From the NCBI GenBank assembly GCA_046861385.1, contig JBHHTW010000001.1, positions 1 to 64,000 of the forward strand: 64,000 nucleotides of DNA, read 5' to 3'. The number at the start of each line of letters is the position of its first letter. Position 1 is the stretch's first letter. The notes under the pieces are model-generated. The model did no database searches. It saw only the letters and a program-made list of their open reading frames with translations, and was not told the origin of the DNA. This document shows positions 9,775 to 20,797 of this stretch, in pieces. The stretch comes from Fidelibacterota bacterium. GTDB lineage: Bacteria; Fidelibacterota; Marinisomatia; Marinisomatales; TCS55. The translations under genes were made by a program, and so were the position numbers.

Positions 9775-10347
9775 ATGAAGATGCAATCATTATTAATTAG
9801 GTTTATCAAGATATTTCTATTAATAAATATTGTATCGTTACCATATCTATATGGTCAGTTTCCATTCAGCGAAAATAATCATTATCTTACACAACAATCT
9901 CCGGAAGAATTTTACAAGCGTAGCGAAGATCTTGGATCAAGTGACAGTGGTAATTCCTGGAATACAACCCTTATAGGCAGGTGGGCGAATGGACACTGCT
10001 ATGCTTCGGATGTGGCTGGAAAAATCTCCTACTTTGGTAAGGCGATAACACTATTATTTGGTAGGGGAGTAGTCGTCAGTGGAAACTATGTGTATGTTGC
10101 AGATTATCGGGATGGTTTGATGGTGGTAGATGCATCGGATCCCACATTACATCAGGAGCTAGGATTTTTTGATCCAGGAGGTTTAAAGGAAGTAGCAGTC
10201 TGTGGTTACTACACTTATGTTGCGGATGAATATCGCAAACGGGCGAAACAGTCCGGAGCAATCACATACATCGTGAAACAGGACGCTGCAGCGCAACTCG
10301 ATGCGGCTCTAAACTCCATCTTCAGACAGAGGGGACTCATCTTGTAG
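9775..10347 (+). pseudogene. Truncated LVIVD-repeat protein fused to a receiver-domain-like C-terminus
   Basis: LVIVD units (GNYVYVADYRDGLMVVDASDP) switch abruptly to EYRKRAKQSGAITYIVKQ. Confidence 0.6.
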
Positions 10348-10471
10348 GGACAACTCATGATAAACGAGGTTAATCAACAGATTTATTAAAATAGCACATA
10401 ATCACATATTGAACGCAGGTAGAAATTGAGTTAAGCAGAATAATAATAGCAGCCAAATTCTAATAAAAGGA

Positions 10472-12001
10472 GTGTTTATGAATAATCTATCTTTCAAGTC
10501 AATCTCTATTTTGGCTTATACAGTTTTACTTACATCTACACTATTTACCCAACATAGTATTCCAGACAGAAACCCTAATCCCAATCCTAGCGAAGATCAA
10601 TTCCATCCACAATTTCAGCAGGATGAACGTCATAATCCTGAAAGACCATTCGACAGACATGAACGTCAAGATAAACTTAGGAAATGGTTGGAGGAAAATG
10701 AGTGGAACAGGGATGACTACCCTGGACACCTTATCCCCAAAAGACCATCACTACCATCTAAATCTAATAAACAAATGCTGGGTTTAGTCTGGGTGAATGG
10801 ATCGAAATACACATACACTTATGATACCAATAGTGACCTGATGATAGAATGGTCAAAACAATATTGGGAGAATAATATTTGGGTAAATAATTGGCGGTAT
10901 AACTACACCTATGATACCAATGGCATTGAGATGGAAATGTTATGGCAAAACTGGGAAAATAGTGCTTGGATAAATTATGAAAAATTTACCCACACCTATG
11001 ATGTTAATGGAAATATCACAGAAGATTTAGCTCAATATTGGCAGGACAACGCCTGGGTGAATGGTTCTTTAGCCACCAACACCTATGATAACGACGGAAA
11101 TATGACAGAAGAGTTATATCAATATTGGGACAACAACGCCTGGGTGAACAGCAATAAAGCCACCTACACGTATGACATTAATGGAAATATGACAGAAGAT
11201 TTAGAGCAATATTGGCAGGACAACGGTTGGATCAATAGTGGTAAAGCTACCTACACCTATGATGCTAATAGTAATATGACAGAGTGGTTAAGGCAAAATT
11301 GGGAAAACAACGCTTGGGTGAATATTGATAAAATTACCTATATCTATAATGAGAATGAAATCATGACAGGATGGTTAAGGCAAAATTGGGAAAACAACGC
11401 TTGGGTGAATATTGATAAAATTACCTATATCTATAATGAGAATGAAATCATGACAGGATGGTTAAGGCAAAATTGGGAAAACAACACTTGGGTGAATAGT
11501 TATCAATCCACTTATATCTATGATGCTATTGGAAATATTGCAGAATCGTTAAGGGAATTTTGGGAAAATAATGTTTGGGTTAACATGAGGAAAATCACTT
11601 ACACCTATGACGCTAATGGACATTTATCGGTGCTATTAATTCAGATATGGGAAGAAACAGTAGCAATCAACGATGGAAATAACTTACCGGAAGTGTTTAA
11701 GCTCTCCCAAAACTATCCCAATCCCTTCAATCCAACTACTACTATCCAGTATGAACTACCCCAAAGATCAGATGTCCATATCACTATCTACGACTTGCTT
11801 GGTAGGCAAGTAAAAACGCTGGTCAATCAAACTCTTGATGCCGGTTATAAATCAATCATCTGGAATGGAACCAATGACCAAGGCAAACCAGTGAGTGCTG
11901 GAGTATATCTATACCAGATTCATGCCCGACTACAATCTACGAGCTACGACGGGCAAGCTGGAGAATTTGTTCAGACCAAGAAAATAGTGTTGATGAAATA
12001 A
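10472..12001 (+). CDS. Secreted 29-aa tandem-repeat protein with T9SS-type C-terminal sorting domain
   Basis: About 10 WxN...YTYDxNGN...W repeats; LSQNYPNPFNPTTTI...GVYLYQI...KKIVLMK tail; AAAGGAG upstream (start GTG 10472 or ATG 10478). Confidence 0.9.
   Translation: MFMNNLSFKSISILAYTVLLTSTLFTQHSIPDRNPNPNPSEDQFHPQFQQDERHNPERPFDRHERQDKLRKWLEENEWNRDDYPGHLIPKRPSLPSKSNKQMLGLVWVNGSKYTYTYDTNSDLMIEWSKQYWENNIWVNNWRYNYTYDTNGIEMEMLWQNWENSAWINYEKFTHTYDVNGNITEDLAQYWQDNAWVNGSLATNTYDNDGNMTEELYQYWDNNAWVNSNKATYTYDINGNMTEDLEQYWQDNGWINSGKATYTYDANSNMTEWLRQNWENNAWVNIDKITYIYNENEIMTGWLRQNWENNAWVNIDKITYIYNENEIMTGWLRQNWENNTWVNSYQSTYIYDAIGNIAESLREFWENNVWVNMRKITYTYDANGHLSVLLIQIWEETVAINDGNNLPEVFKLSQNYPNPFNPTTTIQYELPQRSDVHITIYDLLGRQVKTLVNQTLDAGYKSIIWNGTNDQGKPVSAGVYLYQIHARLQSTSYDGQAGEFVQTKKIVLMK
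11285..11485 (+). repeat. Exact 87-bp tandem duplication (about 2.3 copies) inside CDS
   Basis: Identical units start at 11285, 11372 and 11459. Confidence 0.9.
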
Positions 12002-12084
12002 GAAAGTACTCAACTTTGCAGAAGTTTATCCCGATTATTTCTGGGCGCAAAGTTAAATTTCCCTCTTAATATTAAAGGGAAACT

Positions 12085-12585
12085 ATGCATTTAATCATTT
12101 CGACAGATTTAAGTCCTAACAGCAAAACGATTGTCTTGGCGGAAAACGCTTTGTCAGTTTTTAATGAAATGAAGGTGGAAGCTGAATTAATCGATCTTGC
12201 AGAGAATGATCTTCCATTTTGTGATGGCAAAAAATGTTTTGAAAATCAGTCAGTTCAGGAATTGACAGAAATAATCACTACAGCTGATTCATTAATTGTC
12301 GTCAGTCCTATTTATAATTATGATCTGAATGCCGCTGCAAAAAACTTATTGGAACTCACCGGGAGCGGCTGGAATGAAAAAGTAGTTGGATTTATATGCA
12401 AAGCAGGAGGGAAGAGTAGTTACATGTCTGTAATGCCCTTTGCCAATAGTCTCATGTTGGATTATCGTTGCCACATTATTCCCCGCTTTGTTTATGCAAC
12501 GAGCGACGCCTTTCATGGTTCTGAATTGGCGGACGATGAAATAATAAATCGCATTGATGAACTAGTAAATACGATTATCGAATAG
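12085..12585 (+). CDS. NAD(P)H-dependent FMN reductase
   Basis: SPIYNY...AAAKNLLE flavodoxin-like motif. Confidence 0.85.
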   Translation: MHLIISTDLSPNSKTIVLAENALSVFNEMKVEAELIDLAENDLPFCDGKKCFENQSVQELTEIITTADSLIVVSPIYNYDLNAAAKNLLELTGSGWNEKVVGFICKAGGKSSYMSVMPFANSLMLDYRCHIIPRFVYATSDAFHGSELADDEIINRIDELVNTIIE

Positions 12586-12778
12586 TCATTGTGAAAGAGT
12601 GAGTGGTGAGTGCCCGCCCGCCGTGGCGGGGTAACTGGTTAGCTGGTTAGCCGTGTTGATATGTAAAATGCAAAAAATTGTGTCACTATAACACTCAAAC
12701 TCTACCTCATTTTATTTCTTAACCTCACCCTTAACCTTATCCTTTATTGGATTTAGTGTAATTGTTTAGATTCTCCTA

Positions 12779-14671
12779 ATGAAACGAATCATTGTCATTT
12801 TCATTGCTATGTATTTTTCCGGCTGTGCGCCGGTGTCCGTCGTTATTGACCGATATGATAATAAACAAAAAAAGACCGTAGCTGTAATGAAAGTACAAAG
12901 CACTGGAGGTGTTAAAGATTCTGTTTTGGTGGAATTATTAACTTTCCATCCCAATGGACAAATGGCTTCAACAACGAGTATGGCTGGAAGAATCCGCCAA
13001 GGAAAATATACAGCATTTTCACGAGAAGGATATATCATCACTGAAGGTCAATTTGAAAATGATAAGAAGCATAAAAAATGGATTTGGACTGGTGTAGATG
13101 GCGTACCCGACTCAACGAAAACGTACGAGAAAGGAGTATTGTCGGGAAAAGTGATTCATTATGCGCCTGACGGACAGATGATTATTCAAGGCTGGTATGA
13201 AGATGATAAAAGACATAAAAAATGGATTTGGACAGGTGAAGATGGCGTACTCGACTCAACGAAAACGTACGAGAAAGGAATACTTTCAGGAAAAGTCAAT
13301 CATTATTCGCCCGAGGGACTGATTATCATTAAAGGTCAGTATGAAAACAACCGAAAGGTTGGGAAATGGGTTTGGACTGGATCAGATGGGATTCTTGATT
13401 CGGTAATGAGTTTTGATCGTGGAATGCTATCGGGTAAAAAAATTATTTATTATGAAAATGGTGAAAAAAAATCAGTGGAGGAATACGTAAATCATAAGAA
13501 AAATGGTTTATCCATAAAATTTGATGAATCAGGCAAACCTATGATCAAAGCAGAATATTTCAATGATATTCCCAATGGTAAATGGATATGGTATCATGAA
13601 AATGGAGAGAAAGCACGAAATATAACTTATATGCTGGGGATAAAAAATGGACCAGTAATCATCTGGGATAAGGAAGGAAAAAAGGAGTTAGTTGGAAAAT
13701 ATATAAATGATCTGAAAAATGGTGAATGGAAATGGTATAGAGAAGAAAAACAGCTTGATTCCCTTATTGAATACTCAAACAACGACTATTCAGGAAAATA
13801 TAGGATCTGGCATTTCAACGGAGAAAAAGCCATTGTCGGGCAATATCAAAATGGATCGAAAATGAGTGAATGGAATTGGTATTCCATGGATGGCAGGTTG
13901 GACTCAACAAAGTCCTATAATTATGGAATCCTCCATGGCAGTGCAACCCATTATTATCCTGATGGCTCAATAAAAAGTGAAACAGTGTATAGGAATGGAA
14001 AAATAAATGGTAAACAAACAATTTATTATCCAGATGGCAGGCTAAAATCTATTTATACATTTTTTAATGGAGTCAAAAATGGCAGTTTTACTGATTGGAA
14101 TGAGAACGGGGTTAAAAAACAGAAGGGCGTATATAAAAATGACAAACTGGATGGTGTGTATTATCGTTGGTTTCATCATGGAGGATATTCAAGCATAACG
14201 ACTTATAAAATCGGAGACATCCACGGTGTGTTGCGAACCTATAGTCCATCCGGCACTATAACTTCTGAGGAATTCTACAATCTAAATCGACCCAAGTGCC
14301 GATTCAATTATCATGATAATGGATTTTTAAAACAGATTCAAATTTTCGCATTCGAAAATATTGTTTATCAAAGAAATTGGAATAAACTCGGCGTAGATAT
14401 TACGGATGATAAGTTCAAATTTGGATTAAGAGAAGCGAAAGAAATGTATCCCTCAGGAAATCTCAAAACAGTCACATCATATAAAAAGGATGTTCTCCAT
14501 GGGTTAACACGGTATTTTAATGAAGATTATTCTCTGGTCAGCCTTGATCTTTATCTGGAAGGTGATCACATATTTAATCGCAAAATGGATAAAAATAATA
14601 AACCCACAGACACACTTTTTCCCAATAGTTCACTCCAAATAGTTGTTCAGATAGAAGAGGATGAGAATTAA
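12779..14671 (+). CDS. MORN-variant (YwqK-like) repeat lipoprotein
   Basis: Lipobox FSG-C; many GxWxWY.ENG/YxNGxxxG repeats. Confidence 0.85.
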   Translation: MKRIIVIFIAMYFSGCAPVSVVIDRYDNKQKKTVAVMKVQSTGGVKDSVLVELLTFHPNGQMASTTSMAGRIRQGKYTAFSREGYIITEGQFENDKKHKKWIWTGVDGVPDSTKTYEKGVLSGKVIHYAPDGQMIIQGWYEDDKRHKKWIWTGEDGVLDSTKTYEKGILSGKVNHYSPEGLIIIKGQYENNRKVGKWVWTGSDGILDSVMSFDRGMLSGKKIIYYENGEKKSVEEYVNHKKNGLSIKFDESGKPMIKAEYFNDIPNGKWIWYHENGEKARNITYMLGIKNGPVIIWDKEGKKELVGKYINDLKNGEWKWYREEKQLDSLIEYSNNDYSGKYRIWHFNGEKAIVGQYQNGSKMSEWNWYSMDGRLDSTKSYNYGILHGSATHYYPDGSIKSETVYRNGKINGKQTIYYPDGRLKSIYTFFNGVKNGSFTDWNENGVKKQKGVYKNDKLDGVYYRWFHHGGYSSITTYKIGDIHGVLRTYSPSGTITSEEFYNLNRPKCRFNYHDNGFLKQIQIFAFENIVYQRNWNKLGVDITDDKFKFGLREAKEMYPSGNLKTVTSYKKDVLHGLTRYFNEDYSLVSLDLYLEGDHIFNRKMDKNNKPTDTLFPNSSLQIVVQIEEDEN

Positions 14672-14698
14672 CAGAATAAGTTGTAATTTTCCGGCCTT

Positions 14699-15730
14699 AT
14701 GAAAGATCAACTACAAGAAATTTATGCAATTTGGGGACCGCCGATAATAACATTAGTCATTGGTATTGTTGCTGGTTTAATCTTTAAACGTTTCTTCCGG
14801 AACCGCTTTAAAAAAATTACAAGTAAAACATCTTGGCAAGGTGATGATATCATCTTTATGGCAATTGAAAAACACGTTATGTACTGGTTTTTCCTGACCG
14901 CAGTTTACCTGTCTGCAAGTAGTTTGCAAGTCATAAACCCCTTTAACGTTTATGCTGCAAAACTATCGCTGTCTCTCCTTATTTTATCTATTACACTAGC
15001 TATTTCTTCTATGGCAATTGGCTTATTGAATGCTTGGTCGGTTACACAAGGCTCTAGTTTTCCTCCTACAACCATTTTTACAAACCTTGCCCGGGGAACT
15101 ATTATTGCAATAGGTGTCATGATTATTTTACAGTCCTTTGGAATCTCTATTACACCCATATTGACAGCTTTGGGCGTTGGTGGTCTGGCGATCTCATTAG
15201 CTTTAAAGGATACATTATCAGATTTTTTTGCTGGGCTTCACATACTTTTATCTCAAAAAGTTCGAATTGGAGATTTTGTAGAATTGGATTCGGGGGAAAT
15301 GGGTTATGTAACCAATATTACTTGGCGTAATACATCATTAAAAGAACGAACGAACAATTTAATCACGATCCCGAATGCAAAATTGTCCAACGCTATTACA
15401 AAAAATTATGATGTCATTGATCCCAGTTATTCTGTAAAAATTTCCGCCGGTGTGGCTTATGACAGTGATTTAGACCGAGTAGAAAAAGTAATCTTGGATG
15501 TTGCTAATGGAATCATTGCAGATTTAGATATGGTGAAAAAAGATTACGAACCGATTGTGCGGTTCCAGCAATTCGGAGATTCAAGTATTAACTTTACCGT
15601 TTACATGCGTGCCGGCAAATATGGAGATCACCACCCCATAAAACATGAATTTATCAAACGACTACATAAACAGTTTAACGAGGAAGGTATAGAAATTCCT
15701 TTTCCTATTCGAACGATTGTCCAAAAATAG
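14699..15730 (+). CDS. mscS: Small-conductance mechanosensitive channel
   Basis: LGVGGLAISLALKDTL, IGDFV, IPNAKL, FGDSSINF, GIEIPFP. Confidence 0.92.
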   Translation: MKDQLQEIYAIWGPPIITLVIGIVAGLIFKRFFRNRFKKITSKTSWQGDDIIFMAIEKHVMYWFFLTAVYLSASSLQVINPFNVYAAKLSLSLLILSITLAISSMAIGLLNAWSVTQGSSFPPTTIFTNLARGTIIAIGVMIILQSFGISITPILTALGVGGLAISLALKDTLSDFFAGLHILLSQKVRIGDFVELDSGEMGYVTNITWRNTSLKERTNNLITIPNAKLSNAITKNYDVIDPSYSVKISAGVAYDSDLDRVEKVILDVANGIIADLDMVKKDYEPIVRFQQFGDSSINFTVYMRAGKYGDHHPIKHEFIKRLHKQFNEEGIEIPFPIRTIVQK

Positions 15731-15735
15731 ATTCA

Positions 15736-16104
15736 ATGAAATCCATAATAATAATCGGTGCTTTGTTAGCAGGGCTCGCAGTCATTTTAGGCGCTTTTGG
15801 CGCCCATGCACTTAAAGCAAGAGTTTCACCGGAAGATTTAGCCATTTTTGAAACGGCAGTTAAATATCATATGTACCACGCTCTCGGTTTGATTTTAGTC
15901 GGCTTACTTGGTTTTCATTATTCACCGGAGACGATCCAATTACCTGCATGGATGATTATGGGCGGCATTTTAATATTTTCAGGAAGCCTGTACGTATTGG
16001 TTTTGAGTGGAGTCCGTTGGTTGGGAGCGATTACTCCCATTGGAGGAATTTCCTTGATTGTCAGCTGGTTGTTACTGGCATTCAATATTTACCGCTCTGG
16101 TTAA
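15736..16104 (+). CDS. DUF423 membrane protein
   Basis: GAFGAHAL, YHMYHAL, FSGSLY, GAITPIGG. Confidence 0.92.
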   Translation: MKSIIIIGALLAGLAVILGAFGAHALKARVSPEDLAIFETAVKYHMYHALGLILVGLLGFHYSPETIQLPAWMIMGGILIFSGSLYVLVLSGVRWLGAITPIGGISLIVSWLLLAFNIYRSG

Positions 16105-16113
16105 TTCACAACC

Positions 16114-17442
16114 ATGAGGGCTGACCAACCCCAAAAACGCCACATGTCCGTGTGGACAGCATCGTCATTTGTTGTGGCATCCATGATCGGTACAGGCGTG
16201 TTTACCAGTCTCGGTTTTCAATTAAATGAAATACAATCTATATTCCCGCTTCTCATGCTTTGGATCCTCGGCGGACTGGTTGCTTTTTGCGGCGCTTTGA
16301 CATATAGTGAACTGGGTGCTGCTTTACCTCGCTCCGGAGGAGAATATCATTTATTAAGTCGCATTATACATCCAGCTGTTGGTTTTGCCGGAGGATTCGT
16401 ATCTGCCACTGTTGGGTTTTCAGCTCCGGCTGTACTGGCGGCGATTGCTCTGGGGAATTATATTTCTGCAGTTTTTCCTATAATGCAACCAGTTTGGACT
16501 GCTTTTTTTATCATTATTATTATCCATGGACTGCATTCAAACAGCTTGAAGTGGGGAACATTCTTTCAGGATTGGTCTACAGCGATAAAAGTTGGATTAT
16601 TAATCCTTTTTATCGTTTCTGGTTTCTTGGTCAAGAATCCTGAATCCATTTTAATTATACCCAAAACCGGAGATTGGAAGGTCCTGTTGAGTTCAGGATT
16701 TGCCGTGAGTCTCGTGTGGGTATCTTATGCGTATACAGGATGGAATTCAGCCATTTATGTCGCTGGTGAAGTCAAAAATCCTCGCCGGGAAATTCCAAGA
16801 TCATTATTAATAAGTACCGGTTTTGTTACCCTATTGTATGTTTTGTTGAATTTCATTTTTCTGCATACGGCACCCATGGACGATTTGGTGGGAAAAGTTG
16901 AAGTCGGTTATGTTTCCGGTGTGTTTGTATTTGGTCACATGGGTGCGAAGATCATGGCCGTCGGAATATCCATATTACTTTTGTCTACAGTCAGCAGCTT
17001 GATATATATCGGCCCGCGGATTATGCAAACAATGGGTGAAGACCACAGTTATATAAGGATTTTAGCCCGACAGAACAGTAATGGAATTCCAGTTTATGCA
17101 TTTGTGCTGCAGTTAATCATTTCCATGATATTTCTTTTGACTTCGTCCTTTGAACAGGTACTGATGTATTCTGGAATAGCTCTAATTTTAACCACAACTA
17201 TGACAGTCTTTTCACTATTTGTTTTACGCCGCCGCGAACCGGATTTGCCAAGGCCATACAAAGCGTGGGCGTATCCATGGACACCCATTATTTTCCTGAT
17301 CGTAAACATTTGGATTCTATATTATACAATTCAGGAGAGGCAAATAGAATCATTAGTCGGAGTACTAATCTTTCTGTTCAGTTTTGGTTTATACTATTTT
17401 GGCAGAGCATTCGAAAAGCAAAATCAAAAGCAGATAAATTAA
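16114..17442 (+). CDS. APC-family amino acid permease
   Basis: MIGTGVF, ELGAALPRSGGEY, YAYTGWN, GEVKNP, RPYKAW; about 12 TM segments. Confidence 0.92.
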   Translation: MRADQPQKRHMSVWTASSFVVASMIGTGVFTSLGFQLNEIQSIFPLLMLWILGGLVAFCGALTYSELGAALPRSGGEYHLLSRIIHPAVGFAGGFVSATVGFSAPAVLAAIALGNYISAVFPIMQPVWTAFFIIIIIHGLHSNSLKWGTFFQDWSTAIKVGLLILFIVSGFLVKNPESILIIPKTGDWKVLLSSGFAVSLVWVSYAYTGWNSAIYVAGEVKNPRREIPRSLLISTGFVTLLYVLLNFIFLHTAPMDDLVGKVEVGYVSGVFVFGHMGAKIMAVGISILLLSTVSSLIYIGPRIMQTMGEDHSYIRILARQNSNGIPVYAFVLQLIISMIFLLTSSFEQVLMYSGIALILTTTMTVFSLFVLRRREPDLPRPYKAWAYPWTPIIFLIVNIWILYYTIQERQIESLVGVLIFLFSFGLYYFGRAFEKQNQKQIN

Positions 17443-17565
17443 TTTATCAAAGGGTTCTTATAGTTTAACTAATTGTTCGGAATGTTGTATCGAATTTATG
17501 ACTCTTGTATATTTCATTAAGAATTCAACCCACCAATCACTAATAATCCAACCATTTAGTATTTT

Positions 17566-18003
17566 ATGCATTTAAAAATTAAACCATTTAATTCAAAGGT
17601 TCGGGATCAATACGAACATCATGGTCATTTTCATGATGGTGATGCAGGACTCGACTTGTTTATAATTGATGAACAGACAATTTTAGCAGGTGAGACAGCA
17701 TTCATCCATTTACAGATTGCCTGTGAAAATATCGAAAATAAACCATATTTATTAATGCCTCGCTCCAGTATTTCCAAAACGCCTCTTCGTTTGAGTAATT
17801 CTATTGGTCTCATAGACGGGGGATACCGAGGAGAAATTATGGCAGCCGTAGATAATATCAAAAATAACGATTACATTGTTGCTCCGGGTCAGCGCCTATT
17901 CCAATTAGTCGCCATGGATGGTTCACCCATTCATATTGAAATTGTAGATGAATTAACCGAAACAAGCAGGGGGAGCGGCGGTTTTGGGAGTACAGGTAAA
18001 TAA
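17566..18003 (+). CDS. dut: Trimeric dUTPase
   Basis: AGLDL, PRSS, GLIDGGYRGEI, QLV, RGSGGFGSTG motifs. Confidence 0.95.
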   Translation: MHLKIKPFNSKVRDQYEHHGHFHDGDAGLDLFIIDEQTILAGETAFIHLQIACENIENKPYLLMPRSSISKTPLRLSNSIGLIDGGYRGEIMAAVDNIKNNDYIVAPGQRLFQLVAMDGSPIHIEIVDELTETSRGSGGFGSTGK

Positions 18004-18256
18004 GTATTCCTCGTTTAAATTTACTAACCTCCACATCGCTTTTTCTGAAATTTAAACTATGAATGGAGTTTCTAATCTTCCAAAAAAGTAATGGTAGCAG
18101 AGAAATATAATGTATAAGTGAAAATATTATCAATAAGGGTGGGATTTCAAACAGCATAACACACCAGCCCAGCCAGTTTTGAGTCCATAACAATTATTGA
18201 TCGATGTAAGAAAAGACTTCAAATTCTAAACACATTTTACACAATCAAAATTGAGA

Positions 18257-18283
18257 CTGGCACTCCATTGTAATGAGTGCTAA
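18257..18283 (+). promoter_or_regulatory. CIRCE element (HrcA operator)
   Basis: CTGGCACTC-N9-GAGTGCTAA vs consensus TTAGCACTC-N9-GAGTGCTAA, upstream of groES. Confidence 0.92.
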
Positions 18284-18388
18284 TTTTACTTGTATCACAT
18301 TTTTTTTAACACATAACTTCCGCGCTGTAAAAGAGCACTTTACTGAAAGTATGAATCAAAAAATAACAACAAAAATAGGAGTTTAAAG

Positions 18389-18679
18389 ATGGCTTTAAAC
18401 ATCAAACCATTGGCTGATCGTGTTGTAGTGGAAGCTGCTGCTGCGGAGGAAAAATCCTCTGGCGGTATTATTCTACCGGATACAGCGCAAGAAAAGCCTC
18501 AACAAGGAACAGTCGTAGCTGTGGGACCTGGCAAAGCCAGCGACGCAGGTACAATCGTTGAAATGACTGTTAAATCAGGTGACAAAGTTCTGTATGGAAA
18601 ATATTCCGGTACAGAAGTCAACCATGAAGGCAAAGAATATTTAATCATGCGCGAGAGTGATATTCTCGCCATCCTATAA
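18389..18679 (+). CDS. groES: Co-chaperonin GroES
   Basis: [28 protein letters not shown]. Confidence 0.98.
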   Translation: MALNIKPLADRVVVEAAAAEEKSSGGIILPDTAQEKPQQGTVVAVGPGKASDAGTIVEMTVKSGDKVLYGKYSGTEVNHEGKEYLIMRESDILAIL

Positions 18680-20329
<1,650 letters not shown>

Positions 20330-20345
20330 ACCCATCCTTAAGTTG

Positions 20346-20380
20346 AAAAAAAGCCCCGAAATTTTCGGGGCTTTTTTATT
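20346..20380 (+). terminator. Rho-independent terminator (bidirectional-looking)
   Basis: AAAAAAAGCCCCGAAATTTTCGGGGCTTTTTT after groEL. Confidence 0.9.
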
Positions 20381-20428
20381 TCTACTCATTGACTAAAGAA
20401 CATAACGAGAAGTAACTTTATTTTTCCC

Positions 20429-20797
20429 ATGGACATCATTCGATTACATAACATGCAGTTTTACGGTTATCACGGTGTAAGTGAATTTGAAAAACATCTT
20501 GGTGGTAAATTTGAAGTTGATGTTGAAATGAGTGCAAATTTAAAGCAAGCTTGTAAAACAGATGACATCAATGCATCTATTGATTATGAAGCTGTTTATC
20601 ATTCAGTTGCCAAATGTATTAAAAATGATCATTTTTATTTAATTGAAGCTTTGGCGGATTCGATTGCAAAAGAATTGTTAAATAACTATTCTATTGATGG
20701 AATTAATGTTAGAGTTCGGAAACCACATGCACCTATTCATGGAATGCTGGATACCGTAGAAGTTGAAATATTTCGAACCAAAAACGATTATGATTGA
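20429..20797 (+). CDS. folB: Dihydroneopterin aldolase
   Basis: FYGYHGV, SIDYEAV, LIEALA, RKPHAPI. Confidence 0.95.
   Translation: MDIIRLHNMQFYGYHGVSEFEKHLGGKFEVDVEMSANLKQACKTDDINASIDYEAVYHSVAKCIKNDHFYLIEALADSIAKELLNNYSIDGINVRVRKPHAPIHGMLDTVEVEIFRTKNDYD

Noticed and set aside
10472..14671. Repeat proteins as possible diversity-generating retroelement targets or Rhs toxins
   Set aside because: No reverse transcriptase, no adenine-specific TR/VR pair, and no Rhs core or toxin-immunity pair
18150..18200. Possible integron attC-like site near CATAACACACCAGCCCAGCC
   Set aside because: No matching complementary box or extended hairpin, and no integrase or cassette array
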